64,000 nt of DNA from Chrysomallon squamiferum (GCA_012295275.1 CM022666.1:5580001-5644000); one strand, 5' to 3'. Positions 30,131 through 44,632 are shown, counted from the stretch's first letter. Notes: a model not told the origin generated them from the letters alone. Program-made: numbers and translations.

Positions 30131-31720
30131 ACATTATATTTGAACTAATCTTACCCCATGAAATTAATTCATTTTTTTTACTCTCTTTTTTTCATCTTTT
30201 AACAGATCTGGTTTTGTCAGGCTAAGAATAATTTTCGAAACCAGCGAGGATCAGACAATGAAAGATACATGAAAAGAAATTAATTTAAACCTAACAAAAT
30301 TACATTGTGATATCTGTGCATAATTTGTATATTTTATAGACAGTATGTTAAATATTGCTGTTATATAACAATGTACATATCATATACTTATATAGATACG
30401 CCTACATACGTGCACATCCACACACACACACGTGTATCATGATTAAGTTTTAATAGTTATGCTGTCGTCCTTCACTGTTTGATTTGCTGTCTAAAAAAAA
30501 AAAAACGACAATAATAACAATGGTAGCTCACTGGAAACCTGCCCAGTAAATTATCTTTAAAAGTAATTCTACCCGAGCAATGTTTATAAATATTTATTTT
30601 CTTAGCGACGCGGGTAATAAAAAATACCCGGCCCACGTGTTCAAGACATTCACTGATTTCAGGCTGGGAAATGTGTACCTAAGGTTTGATTGCACCGATA
30701 TCTTATTTCACAGTCTGCTTGAATCACGCGATCACTGTTATCTCTAGTCCATATAAGCACGTTGAACAACTGAAACATTTTAAAAAGAAATGATGAAAAA
30801 TAAAAGTTTTTTTTTTTCTGTCAGATAGTAATCATAGATAATGTAGATATTCTACATTAAATGTTTTTATAATTTGTTTAGGTTTAGACTGTTGAATAGT
30901 GACTAGTTAATAGTCAGCTGTTACTTTTTCCTTTGTTTCTGTTCATGCACGTACATCACATGTACTTGGCGTAGTCTAGTTTCTGTCATAAAAAACATCT
31001 CACGGGGGTGTTGTGTGTGTGTGTGTGTGTGTGTGTGTCTGTGTTTGACTTGCTTGTATTGTATTGTTTTTTTTGTTTGTTATTTTGGGGTTTTTTTTTT
31101 TTTTTTGTTTGTTTGTTTTTTATGTTTTTGTTTTCCATCTGAACTCTGCTCTGAATAAGGTCATACAACAGTTAAGTGCGAATATTAACTAAATATACAA
31201 AATAGTGTGTACGTGTGTATAAAATGACTTTGCATATGTTCAAAAATTCATGTTTATCTAACTTAAGTTTTTTTTACCCAGTAAGTTGAATAACTTTACA
31301 TATTAACCTTTTTTATCAGTACACTTCCACTTTGCCACGTCACTGACTAAACTGCGCATGCCAGTGTCTGTTCTAGACCACATAGCACCATATTTCGCGT
31401 GCTTAACTCTTGTTAATACGACTGACCATTAAAGCTAAATTTACATCAGATAGTAGTTTCCTCATTCATAGTATAAAGACCTTAATCGTGACTAGAATTC
31501 CAGTCACGTGCTAGTACTATTATATATAGGTTAGTATCACTTACCGAACACGTGAACAGAAGTGACGCTGTAGTTCAGGGGTCGGCGAGGAATTTAGTCC
31601 GGTCTGTCACCTGAACACTTGGACACCAATTATTACATTAACTTTCTTTTTTCTTTAAACCTCCAGACCAAAGCAGCCTTGCTTCCTGTCATCCCTTTTT
31701 GATGCTCAGTATAGAAGTTA

Positions 31721-31790
<70 letters not shown>

Positions 31791-33743
31791 TGTGTGCTGT
31801 ATTCAGTGAATAAATATTTAAATATTACTGGTTTTCTATATAAATTGACTGATGAAAGTTAAATGTTCGCTGATTGGTTTATAATGAGTAATACAAGTTA
31901 AGTGTTCTTTATACAGTATGTAATCATGCATTGAAATGATCAGAGTAATAAATGTTTATATATACGTTACATTTAAAATTTCATGTAAAATCTGCATAAT
32001 AAACAATATATATATATATATTTTTTTTTTTTTTATCACAATAACACATTTCTTTTTAGAAGCATTTCAGAATCGTAAACATTATGGTTATTAATTTTAT
32101 TTTCACTATTATCTTCAACATCATTATTCATTTTATTATGACTATCATTATTATCATTAACTTTATTACCACTATCATCTTCATCATTATAACTACTGCT
32201 ATATTATTACTATATAATCATGATTACTAGTATTATTCTTTCTACTACTGCTACTATTTATATTAGTGCTGCTGCTGCTGCTTCTACTACTAATTTATTA
32301 AATTTTTCATCATCATCATCATTTTAGTATTCTCTGGTCACTTGTTCATAATTTTTAGTACTTGGATAGTTACTTTAAATGTAGTACAAATGTCTTGATC
32401 TGCATTTATCATTTTCTTCTTTTTCTTATTTTCTTTTTTAAATATCAAGTAAAATTAATGAAAATATTTTTCAACTCACTTTTCACTTATACACCAGTCA
32501 ATGGCATGATTTAATTTTTATTTTATGAAGGATAATTTGTATACTTTATAGACAGTATGTTAAATATTGCTGTTATATAACCATGTTCATATCACATACT
32601 TAAAAGTACCCGTGCAGTGTTTATAAACAGCTGTTTGGAAAGTCCCGGCCTACAATGACGTCGCTGAAAAATATACACGAAACGTGTGACTGATATCTCA
32701 TTTTACTGTCTGCTTTATTCACTGTAAACAACTGACTTCTAGGCGACGTAGTTTGTTCGAAGTGCACGGTCCACGTGTAATGAGCTCCCTGTTTGTGAAA
32801 TATTTACCTAACATGTGATTGCTGAGACATTTCGTTTCTCTGTCTCTGTGTGTTCAGGGGTCGTAACGCTTGGTCAGACACCAATTATTACATTAATTTA
32901 ACCCTCCTCCAAAACACAGCACAGCTGTGTGATAACCTCTCTTCAAAAGGTTCTCGACCTGTTATACTGCACACGGCACATGAAATGAGATAATGCAGAT
33001 ATTCTGGATTAACTTCTTGTTCATTTATTTAGGGTTAGACTGTTGAACAGTAATTGAATAGATTACATGTACTTGACGTAGTCTAGATTCTATGATTAAA
33101 CAACTCAGGGCAACATTCTTAAATAGATCACGGTGTGTGTGTGTGTGGATGTGTGTGAATGTGTGTGTGTGTGTGTGTGTGTATGTGTGTGTGTGCGGTT
33201 GCGTGCGCTTATAGCATGTGATTTATTTGTTTTTTAAAAACATTTTTTTTATTATTGTTGTTTTTTGTGCTTTTTTAATTGTTGTTTTTTTAGCTTTTTT
33301 TCCCACCTGAACTATGAACAACAGCAATGTTAATATTAAAAATAACAAGAACTACAACAGTAACAACCAGCAATAAATGCACGTAGTTTATATTTTGCAA
33401 CTTTTAATTATTAATTTTGTTTACATTTTTGATTCTAAGCATGTCATCCTCTCCATTAGGCTTGATTTTCTAATATTCAATCAAAATGTGATTTGAAGGA
33501 CAACGCGTCATCGGAAATAAAACCCAGTTTATGGGAAACTTAATTTTCTGTTTGTTTTCAATACAATATTATTATCTTCTAAAGTGCAGCTGTCTTTAAA
33601 AGATAATATAAAAATCATTTCGTTAACGAAAAGGAAATAAAAGGCAATATATATTTCTGAAAGATATGTCATTATTTTCCACTAGTCTTATTTTAATTGT
33701 TTGAAAAAATATTCTGTTGTTTGTATAGTATCTGTTGCGCGCT

Positions 33744-33849
<106 letters not shown>

Positions 33850-34684
33850 ACACACACACACACACACATGTACACAAACACAATTATCTATTTTAAGAAT
33901 TTTCGTTTGCCCTGAGTTGTTTTTATGACAGAAACTAGACTACGTCAAGTAGATGTGATGTACGTGCACGAACAGAAACAAAGAATGAAAAACGTAACAG
34001 CCGACAATTAACCAGGTAGTTTGTTATTTTTTGTTCAATCACTCTTCAATAGTCTAACCCTAAATAAATTATAAAGAATTTAATCAAGAACATCTACATT
34101 ATCTAATTTCAAATGTCCTAATACACTCCAGCTATGCACTACAGTATATATCTACACAAGATCCACGGAGGCGCACTGTCATGAAAAATAGATTATTCCA
34201 TGACAGAAAAATACTGTTTATTTGTATTCATTTATTTTAAAATTGTAAAGTTGATAATCATGTTCAAATAGACTAGATTTAACAGGTGTCTGGTATTTCA
34301 AGCAGGTGGTGAAATGAGATATCGCTGCAAACCACACGTTACGTGTACATTCACAGCCAGCGATGTCACTGTAGCTTTGACTCAGAGTGAACACGTTGAC
34401 AGTGCATTTTGTGTCAATGCGTCACTTAGTAAGCTGCTGTTTATAAATACTGCTCGGGTAGACCTACTTTTAAAGATAAAGAGTGCACTGGTGAGTTTTA
34501 AAGCTTTTCCATTGAGCTACCGTTGTTATTGTCCGGCTTTTCAGACAGCAAATAAAACAGTCAAGGACGACTGCTTAACTATTAAAACGTAAACATGATA
34601 AAGACATAAAACTTTTTTCATTTAGTATATTTCTGTTGTTGTTGTTTTTTTTTTTTTTTTTTTAGCATTTAATACAGAATTTAC

Positions 34685-34897
34685 CTTTTTAATAATTTCA
34701 CTGATCACTTTTTCTCCATCACTTTAACAGCAATAGGTGACATAGTTCATGGTTCTGTTCGTAGATTGTCATCACAACAGTTTTGTCCTGGTTTGCACCA
34801 GACTTTCACACACAATTCCTGCTGAAACAAGTTGTTTTCTCTATTCAGAAATTCGTTTAAAGTTTCAGATACAGTGAAACTGAAGAGTATGAAGCTT
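34685..34897 (-). pseudogene. Inverted, broken copy of the TNF TM/Cys-stalk exon
   Basis: The reverse complement reads gaattgtgtgtgaaagtctggtgcaaaccaggacaaaactgttgtgatgac...gatggagaaaaagtgatcagtgaaattattaaaaag|gtaaat; 1-nt deletion and TAA; ATG region missing. Confidence 0.85.
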
Positions 34898-35353
34898 TCA
34901 CATACGGAAATCCTGCTCTTGGCAGAACAGAAATCGGCAATAGAATATGCTGGTTCCGTCTCTCATTTTCTTGGGCTGTGAAATATTGTCATTGTTGGTC
35001 TTTTGGAAAATAAATTATACTATAATACTCTATAATAATCACTTAGTTATTAGTAGTGGTTCGGGAATAATTATAGAAATTGTGATAACAATAGTACTAG
35101 CAGTGTTAGTAGTGATAATATCAGTGATGCCAGTAATGTAGTTAATAGTAGGAGTTTGAAGTAGTTGCAAAATTAAGAAATAATGAGAGAAATTGTGATA
35201 ACAATAGTAATAGCAGTGTTAGTAGTAAAAATATCAGTGATTGCAGTAAAGTAGTTAATAATAGGACTTTGTAGTATTTAGCGAAATATATTAGTAATAT
35301 TAACTATAACTGTTGACAATTTAAAACAAAAATATTATTTATGAACTTTCTAG

Positions 35354-35742
35354 ACACACCGAAGCCTCTCATCAAATGGACGTCGTCTGGTAAAATATCG
35401 TTTGTGAAAGGAGCTGCAGCTGTTGTCGCTGACGGGATTCAAGTCAAAGAAACTGCTTACTACTTCATATACAGCAACGTTTTATTCCATGCCAACCAAG
35501 TCAGAGAGCTAGAATACGCTAGGCTGTGTCACTCAATTGAAAAATATGCAAATTATGATGTCCTCTACAGAAATCCTCAAACAACATGCAAAGTACGAAG
35601 AAACCAGGAACGTTTTGTTGCTTCCTACATTGGAGCTGTTTACTACCTGAAAGCCAATGACTCTGTAGTGGTGAGAACATCAGTTGTGAACAGAATTTTG
35701 AGAGATCCTGAGACAACCTACTTTGGTCTGTATATGCTTTGA
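35354..35742 (+). CDS. Orphan intact THD terminal exon (copy C); no correctly oriented upstream exons of its own
   Basis: ctttctag acceptor, 389 nt with no stop or frameshift. About 300 nt of the normal upstream intron is retained (35035-35353); beyond that lies an inverted, broken TM/Cys exon. Confidence 0.75.
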
Positions 35743-35912
35743 AATTGTTAAGAGAGGCCCGAGTTGTAATTGGTAATATATAATTTTCTGTATACTGACA
35801 GAAAGAGAGCATTCATGGATTTCTGTATATCAAACTAACCTTCTATCGTAACATTATCTTGAAACGTTTATATTAGACATGAACTGATCTATCTTTTTAG
35901 CCTTCAATGTAA

Positions 35913-35969
<57 letters not shown>

Positions 35970-38900
35970 ACTTGTGGTTGTTTCTGATTTTTGATGTGGT
36001 ATATCTAACATTTTTAATTAATTTTTAAAATTCTTTAATTAATAATTAATTATAACACTGGAATATGAATCAGAATGATTATATAATTGTTGCCAACGCG
36101 TGTGTTTTGAATAGCAGTATATTAACAATGAGGCTGAGACAGTAGTGAATAGCTGGAGTGTATTAGGTCATTTGAAATTAGCTAATGTAGATGTTCTGGA
36201 TTAAATTTTTGATAATTTATTTGGAGTTAGACTACTGAAGAGCAATTAAATGAAAAATAATAAAGTACCTGGTTAATAGTTGTTATCTTTTTCTTTCTTT
36301 GTTTCTGTTCATGCACGTACATCACATGTATTTGATGTAGTCTAGTTTCTATCATAAAAACAACTCACGGCAAACTGAACAAAGCAATATTCTTAAAATA
36401 GATCAATGTTTGTGTGTTTGTTTGTTTGTGTGTGTGTGTGTGTGTGTGTATGTGTGTGACTTATTGGTATTTTTTTGTTGTTTGTTTGTTGTTTTTTGTT
36501 CTTTCTTTCTTCTTGTTGTTTTGTTTTGAACTTTTTGTTTGTTTTTCTTGTTTGTTTATTTTTTCCGGCTCACCTGTGCTCTGATTAGATCAACAATTAA
36601 CTGCAAAGTACTAACCTGACATAATAGTATGTACCTGTGTATAAAATCACATTGTAGATATTCCAAAAGTCACGTTTTTGACAACACTTCTGTTTATAGG
36701 TTTTTTCCTTGGGATTGGCAGTGGAGGGCTTCTAGCGTATTCGCGAATGTCAAAAAGTTCGTGGGGGGAAAAATCTCAGCATGTGATAGTAGTATTATAT
36801 CAATAGTAAAATGTATCGAACACGTGAACAGAAGTAACTCTATGCATTAGAGGCAACAATAACAACAACCACAACATCAGATTTATTTATTTATAACAAT
36901 GATAATGCATTCGTACTTTCTGGATCTGTCTATTAGTAATACAGGTGACATAACTTTATCAACCTAACAACAGAATATACTTGAGATAATAATAAATATT
37001 TTTATTTAATTTAATTTTATAAAATGTATGTAATATATGTCTATGTGTCTATGCAGTGTCGACAGCTCCAACGAAGGAAGGAACTAAACGTTCTTGCTGT
37101 CTTCGTTCTCAAGAATAATATGCTAAAATGATCTGTGTGTATTCAAAGCCTGACAAACATTAAAAAAATCGCTGCACTGGTCTTATCTATTAAACAAAAG
37201 TATGAACACATGCAAAATCTAATAAGAAAGCATATATATGTATATACCCTTTATTGTACACTAGAACACAACAAACGCAAGACATTTTTAAAACTGTATT
37301 CAATATAGCAGTAAACAATAATACAGATGAATAGAATGATTGTAATCGGTCACAACAATCACGTAAGGATTAATACAGAAGAGCAAACATCTACATATCT
37401 AGTTACACAGTGCGTTCAGTGGACAGCGACCGTTACCTTAACCAAAAAAAAAAAAAAAATAATGATCTCGGTCCTTTTATGAAAAAGTGACTCACGTTAT
37501 TTGTCAACGTGTTCCCGACTTTGCAGCTTGACGAGTGTCACCAGGTCTTTCTGGTAAACAACAAGGGTCCGTAACAACTGGATTGGCAGTGGATAACTTC
37601 CAGCACATTTTCGAATGTCAAAAAGTTCGTAGGTTAAACATCTCAGCATGTGATAGTAGTATTATATCAATTAGTAAAATGTATCGAACACGTGAACAGA
37701 AGTAACGTTATACATTACAGGCAACAACAACCACATGAACAGATTTATTTATTTATAACAATGATAATGCATTCGTACTTTCTGGATCTGTCTATTAGTA
37801 ATACAGGTGACATAACTTTATCAACTTAATAACAGAATATACTTGAGATAATAATAAATATTTTTATTTAATTTAATTTTATAAAATGTATGTAATATAT
37901 GTTTATGTGTCTATACAGTGTCGACAGCTCCAATGTAGGAAGGAACACAATTTTCTTACTGTCTTCGTACTAAAGAATAATATGCTAAAATGATCTGTGA
38001 GTATTCAAAGCGTGACAAACATAAAAACAAAAATCCCTTTACTGGTAAAATCTATTAAACAAAAGTATGAACACATGCATAATCTAATAAGAAAGCACGT
38101 ATATGTATTCATCATTTATTATACACTAGAACACAACAAACACAAGACACTTTTGAAACTGTATTCAGTATAGCAGTAAAGAATAATAGAGACAGATAGA
38201 ATAATTGTAATCGGTCACAACAATCACGTACGGGTTAATACACAAGAGCAAACATCTACATAACTAGTTACACAGTGCGTTCAGTGGACAGCGACCGATA
38301 CCAGAAATTGTTCCACAGTTCTTCCGTATCAAACAAAAAACAAAAAACAAAACAAAACACAAATATCTCGGTTCTTTTATGAAAAAGTGACTCACGTTAT
38401 TTGTCAACGTGTTCCCGACTTAGCAGTTTGACGTCTGTCACAAGAGCCGATTACACCTACCACTCAGCAGATGAAAATTATTCCCGAAAAAATCACAATT
38501 TTTTATTAACAAATATATTAGCAATGAAAGATAGATTAAACACATTTTGTTAATGTTCTTTATGTTGATGGTTTAGGCTGATGTTCCACCAGATATCACG
38601 AAGAAATTCTGCGGCTGCATACACGAACCCTTCATAACAGATTTTGATATCACCCTTATTGGTATGAATAACTTCCATATAAAACATACTTCTGATACTA
38701 GAACAAGCTGGAGTATATACAGCGAAACACATTTTAACATGGAACAAGTATAAACCATTTAAAATAGGAAGCCCTCAGTTTAAATCTATTCTAATCAGTG
38801 AGCTGGACCCAAGCATCACCCCTGCACACTATGAAGACTCTTTCTTTAATCCTGCCTAATTAATAAGTGTAACAAGTCACCACCCCTGCACAGTATGAAA

Positions 38901-40184
38901 CCTCTTTCTTTAATCTATCCTAACTGACCTAATCAGTAAGCTTAACAGTTACTCGATGTAGACTATGATGCCACATTCAATAAATTCTATAAATTCATAC
39001 ATTTTGTTATGTAAAAGTTGTTACTTTTTACCAGCCACTGAATCAACAGTCATGATACAAGTAACGTTTACAAGTGGAAGATTCTTCTGTCACAGGCAGA
39101 TATTTCTGAGACATTTCATATTCCTGGCCCTGTAGTAATAAATGGATGACTTCAGATATTTATCCCGATTATTTATAAATGTCCACCATGTGACACACAT
39201 TATATATCGTTTCCCATTTCTTTCTTTTTTTAAATTATTGATTTATTTACTGATGGTTTGTTTCTTTGTTTCTTTTTATTTCTATTTTACTCTATCTTTT
39301 TTTATTTTATTTTATCCTGCTATAATTTGATTTCATTAATTTTATTGTTTTAATTAATTAATTTATATTTATGTATCTTATTGTATTTATTTATTTCACT
39401 TTACTTTCATCATTTGTTATTTTTATTTTATTTTTATTTTATTTTTATTTTATTTTTTTCATTTTTAAAAATTTTAATTCAGCATGTTTTACTTTATTTA
39501 TTTATTTTACTTTACATTTTACATTATTTATTCGTATTTGTTTTATTTCAAATAATTATTTTCATTTATTTTATTTTATTTTATTTTACTTTTGTTTTAG
39601 ATTGATTTTACTTTATTTAGCTCATTTATTTTTTTTCTTTATTTCTATATTTATTTTTTTATTCGGCAGACTGAATTAACAGTCATGATACAAGCAACAT
39701 TTACAAACAGAAGATTCTTCTGTCACTGGGAGATATTTTATATACCTAGCCTACTATAATAAATGGATGACTACACTTATTTATTCCGATTACGTGTAAG
39801 ATGACAAATCCGGGCTGGAACTTTCCACTGTGTGATACACAGACTACATGTTCTCCTTTTGTTGTTTATGGCTTAGTTGACACAGGAATAGAAATTACGC
39901 AGTACTCTTTATTTAACAATAACGACAAAAGCAACCGAAACAACAACAACAACTAGTACCACCACAACTACAACAACAACTACTACTATTATAGCAATAA
40001 CAACTATAATATGCAGCTTATTTATGAACAATACAAACACACAAAAAAATACATATAATGACCTTGCTCATTTTATTCATAGTATAATAAATGACTATAT
40101 AGAAATCTATAGCGAAATATTAAATACGACAGAAGAAAAAACATTAAGCAATAAATTTAAACAAAGCAGATGAAATTTCCTCTT

Positions 40185-40331
40185 AGCCATTCACAAATGA
40201 TCGAGTGAGTATGTAGAGAATATGATACGATATTTTCAAAGTAGCTGGTATAAAAGTCAACGAAGCCTGTCATAGAGCGTAGACGTGCTTCACTCCATTG
40301 TGAACACAGACTGAGCCTAATTTAGGTAAGT
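40185..40331 (+). promoter_or_regulatory. Paralogous TATA/exon-1 module (P3)
   Basis: CCAAT mutated to CCATT (40187), TATAAAA 40249, intact donor ttag|GTAAGT at 40325. Confidence 0.55.
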
Positions 40332-40336
40332 AAATG

Positions 40337-40855
40337 TTTTACTTATTTCATAGGTTATATATATTTATATAAAATTATAATTTCACTTACTTCTTAGCAT
40401 ATATATATTTATGTAGAATTATAATTTCACTTATTTCAAAGGTTATATGTATTTATATAAAAGTATAATTTCACTTATTTCATAGGTTATATTTATATAT
40501 CAAAAAATTTTAATTTCTCTTATATCATAGGTTATATATATTTATATAAAGTATAATTTCACTCATTTCACAGGTTATATTTAATTATATAAAATTATAT
40601 TTTCACTTATTTCATAGCTTATATATATTTATATAAAATTATAATTTCATTTTTTTCACATGTTATATATATATTTATATAAAATTTGAATTTCACTTAT
40701 TTCATAGGTTATATTTATTTATATAAAAATATATTTTCACTGATTTCGTAGGCTATATATATTAATATAAAAGTATAATTTTACTTATTTCATAGGTTAT
40801 CTATATTTATATAAAACTATAATTTCACTTATTTCAAAGGTTATATTTATTTATA
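40337..40855. repeat. 44-bp AT-rich minisatellite at the start of intron 1 (about 12 units; also 12243-12420, 18915-19185, 49146-49235)
   Basis: Unit tttcacttatttcataggttatatatatttatataaaattataa. Confidence 0.9.
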
Positions 40856-40864
40856 AAAAAAATC

Positions 40865-42135
40865 TAAATTAACAATGCTGTTTAGGATTTTTCCACGCTC
40901 TAGTTTCACTTGTTTAATATTAAGTGATATTACATCAACTTGTAAAAAACAATACATCGCGGCAAGGTCGATAAGTCTGTAGCACATGCGTTGGTAGGTA
41001 AGAATAATAACAGCCACAGAAAATATAGCACTCGTTTGGACATGTAGAATGAGGCCCTGGCATCCTTTGACAGATTTGTTCTGCCTTTGCACTAAACGGA
41101 CAACGCGAGGTTTTAGGAACGGATAAAGAGAACATTACCTCAGTGGTTTTTGTTTTTTTGATCAGTTCAAAAATGTTTACAGAAGTGTTTCAAGAACCAG
41201 ATAATCTGCTACGAAGGTGATTAGATGTGTTATTCAAATTATGACAGTACTTTAGTCAAGGTATTTTTCTTCTTGCTTGTCAAATCTGATCTCCGCTGCT
41301 TTACGAGAACATCGAACTTTCCGCCATTAAGCCCTACCCGAGTTCACCGAGTGCTGTTGATCGTTTTTAAGTTTTCCAAGATAAAACCACATTTTAGTGA
41401 TTTAATTAAATCATCAAAATCTATCGAGCGCGAGCTGTTTTCTAACTTCTTGGAAAAATAAGATGATTTGGCGGTAGAAACTGCAAATAAACCATCATCA
41501 CCTTGGTTAGTCACCTGATCAAAACAGTGCCACTTGATTGGATATTTATTTCACTTCACGGTATTGAATATTTACTGCGCGCTTTGCTATCTCAAGCTGT
41601 TTTTCGGTCACTTTAATTTTGTTACATTGTCTTCATTCTTGGAAAGTTACATCGTTGATTCCCAATGTACCGTCACAGTTTTGTCTATACATTTGTTTTA
41701 AGACAAAAAACAATATATTTATTTTTAATTATTTCTTTAAAATTCTACCTCTTTCCAGTCATATAAATAACTTCGGACGAAAAACTCTACTCCTTACATT
41801 CCTCAACAATCAGATACTACTTACAATTGGAAATAAATTTATAGGCATCATAAACCAAGAAAGAAATTTTGAGGCATCAGATACTTCTTACAATTGGAAA
41901 GAAATTGTTTGGCATCAGATACTCCTTACAGTTGGAAAGAAATTTCGTGGCATCAGATAGGAAAGTTTACATCAGGAGGATTATCTGTTCCATTAGACAT
42001 CGCTGTGCTGTCATATTGGATTTCAGTGGTGAGTATTTGTACACAGTGGCTTACAGGGCATTCACTGAAAATTGATAAATCAGGCATCGCATTTTCAAAA
42101 GAGAAACCTTTGCTTGACTTTGGATCCAGCGATGA
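40865..42135 (-). pseudogene. Relic R1, second copy with internal deletion and 5' acceptor
   Basis: Nucleotide similarity to 12474-13772; minus-strand acceptor atatttttag|ggacttc near 42140; internal ~39-bp repeat expansion at 41810-41960. Confidence 0.4.
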
Positions 42136-42175
42136 AGTCCCTAAAAATATAAAATATATACTTTAATTACTAAGC

Positions 42176-42237
<62 letters not shown>

Positions 42238-42323
42238 AAACAATATGTATGTGTATTTGTGTTTATATTACGAGAGATGGTATCTGTTTGCGTGTTTGTG
42301 TATAAGTTTATTTCTGATTTGCG

Positions 42324-42409
<86 letters not shown>

Positions 42410-42729
42410 CTCTGTCTCTCTGTCTCTCTGTCAATCTCTCCCTCTCTCTCGCTTTGTCTCTAACCTCTGTCAATCTGTCTCTCTGTCTCTCTGTCTCTCT
42501 GTCTGTCTGTATCTCTGTCTGTCTGTCTCTGTGTCTCTCTCTGTGTACTCAATGCAATCACCTGATATCATACTGAATATGACAAGAGGAAGAACCACCA
42601 AGCGAAGAACTCTCAGAAACAATTCTCCTGGCATTCGTGTTAAAATAAAAAATAATTATACCTTATTTCATTTCATTAGATATTAACACACACACACGGC
42701 ATGCATGCATACATGCACACACATACACA

Positions 42730-42786
<57 letters not shown>

Positions 42787-42793
42787 ACACACA

Positions 42794-42846
<53 letters not shown>

Positions 42847-42950
42847 TTTTCTTGGTTTTGTTTATTATTTTACTTTTATTTTTTGAAATAATGTTATTTA
42901 TGTGTTTGTTTTTGTATGATTTTTTATCTTAGTATTATTGTTTGACACAG

Positions 42951-43044
42951 ACTGTCAAGTAAAATGAAACCAAATAGTTCAGTTATTGTCATTTCTCTTA
43001 TGGTACTAAATTTGATACTCATCAGTCTCATAAATATACTAAAT

Positions 43045-43081
<37 letters not shown>

Positions 43082-43329
43082 AAAAAGAAAGTAAAAAGAA
43101 AAGAAAATTTTATTTAGAAATGGTTAAATTCTATATAAAAATATTAAAATATTGACTTCATTATGTATTAAATTGAGAAAAAGATCCATATACGTTTAAT
43201 AATATAATATTCATTGTGCTGAAAAATATTTATAAATTTGTAATTTATTTAATATGGACGAAATTTGAAATGGTTATTAATATTCTTTTCAGATACTGTT
43301 TGAAAGTCATACAAAAGCAGAGAAAAGTG
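42951..43329 (+). pseudogene. Deleted TNF 5' half: TM exon lacking the Cys stalk plus 37-nt micro-exon (43293-43329)
   Basis: MKPNSSVIVISLMVLNLILISLI is homologous to MVPIRPVIAIPLMVLNLILIGFI; micro-exon has intact AG/GT; more decayed copies at ~8115-8305, ~15540-15801, ~46350-46604. Confidence 0.7.
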
Positions 43330-43508
43330 GTAAGTTAACAGACATATTCAAAAGCAAATCATAAACATACACACACAGACACAAACACACACATAGACAT
43401 ACTTATTCATTATATACATAAACACAAACACAGACAAACACACAAAAGGACACTCACACAAAAACACATAGCCACACATATTTATGTATGCAGAAACTTT
43501 TTTGCATG

Positions 43509-43790
43509 AAGGGCCGGATTTCCCATACAGTCTTTCCAGACTAGTGCCTAGGGCGGCAGAATGATAGGGGCGACAGTTTATGTTTACACAAATTCCTATT
43601 TTCACATTTGATTTATTAATAAATCATTATTTAAATGTAAAGCCATGTTTGTGCTTTCAACTAGATGATAAGTTATAACCATTCATATTATATAAACTAA
43701 GAGGGAAGGGTGAGGGGGACTTGAGCCTCGAGGAGGGGGAGGTAAAATGTATTTAGCCTATGGGCGGCAAGCACTTTAAATCCAACCCTG
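43509..43790. mobile_element. Non-autonomous hAT-type MITE, 282 bp
   Basis: Imperfect TIRs aagggccggattt / aaatccaaccctg; 8-bp TSD tttgcatg / tttgtatg. Confidence 0.7.
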
Positions 43791-43827
43791 TTTGTATGTG
43801 TGTACGTGTCTGTGTGTGTATATAACA

Positions 43828-43873
<46 letters not shown>

Positions 43874-44541
43874 ACTAACTGTATGTGGCTTATTTCTATT
43901 GTTTTGTTTTTTTGTTTAGTATTTTTTATTTTTTTGTTGTTTTCTTGATGTGTTTTGTTTTCCATCTGAACTCTGCATTGAATAAGGTCATGCAGTAATT
44001 AACTGCGAGTTCTAACTCAGTATCTGTAACAGTATGAACGCGTGTGTAAAATGACTTTGTAGATGAATAACCTTACCTATTAGGATTTCCCACCTGTTTA
44101 CTTCCATTTGAGCGCGTCATTGACTGAACTGCGCATGTCAGTGTTTGGTGGAGGTCACAGCATAAAATCACGACAAAAACCTCCCAAATAGTATCATATT
44201 TCGCGTGCGCTAACTCTTGTTAATATGAGTACTCACGGACTCATTAAAACTAAATTTACATCAGATAACAGTTCCTTCTCTACTGGTACACAGACCTTGA
44301 CACACTAATTGCTTACTGGAAATCCCGGCACGTGATAGTACTATTATATATCGGTCTTACCGAACACGTGAACAGAAGTGACGCTGTAGTTCAGGGATCG
44401 GCGAGGAATTTAGTCCCGCCTGTCATCTGAAAACTTGGACACCAGTTATTACATTAACTTTCTTTTTTCTTTAAATCTCCAGATCAAAGCAGCCTTGCTT
44501 CCTAGCATCTCTTTTTGATGCTCAGTATTGAAGAAATAATT

Positions 44542-44632
<91 letters not shown>

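Noticed and set aside
35341-35353. In-frame ATG making copy C a stand-alone 133-aa soluble TNF
   Set aside because: The ATG lies in the intron polypyrimidine region, and the product would lack strand A (SAHL) needed for the THD fold
35905-35970. TTATTTATT as a TNF-type AU-rich instability element
   Set aside because: Indistinguishable from the ubiquitous (ATT)n/(ATTT)n background and not conserved across the four 3' flanks
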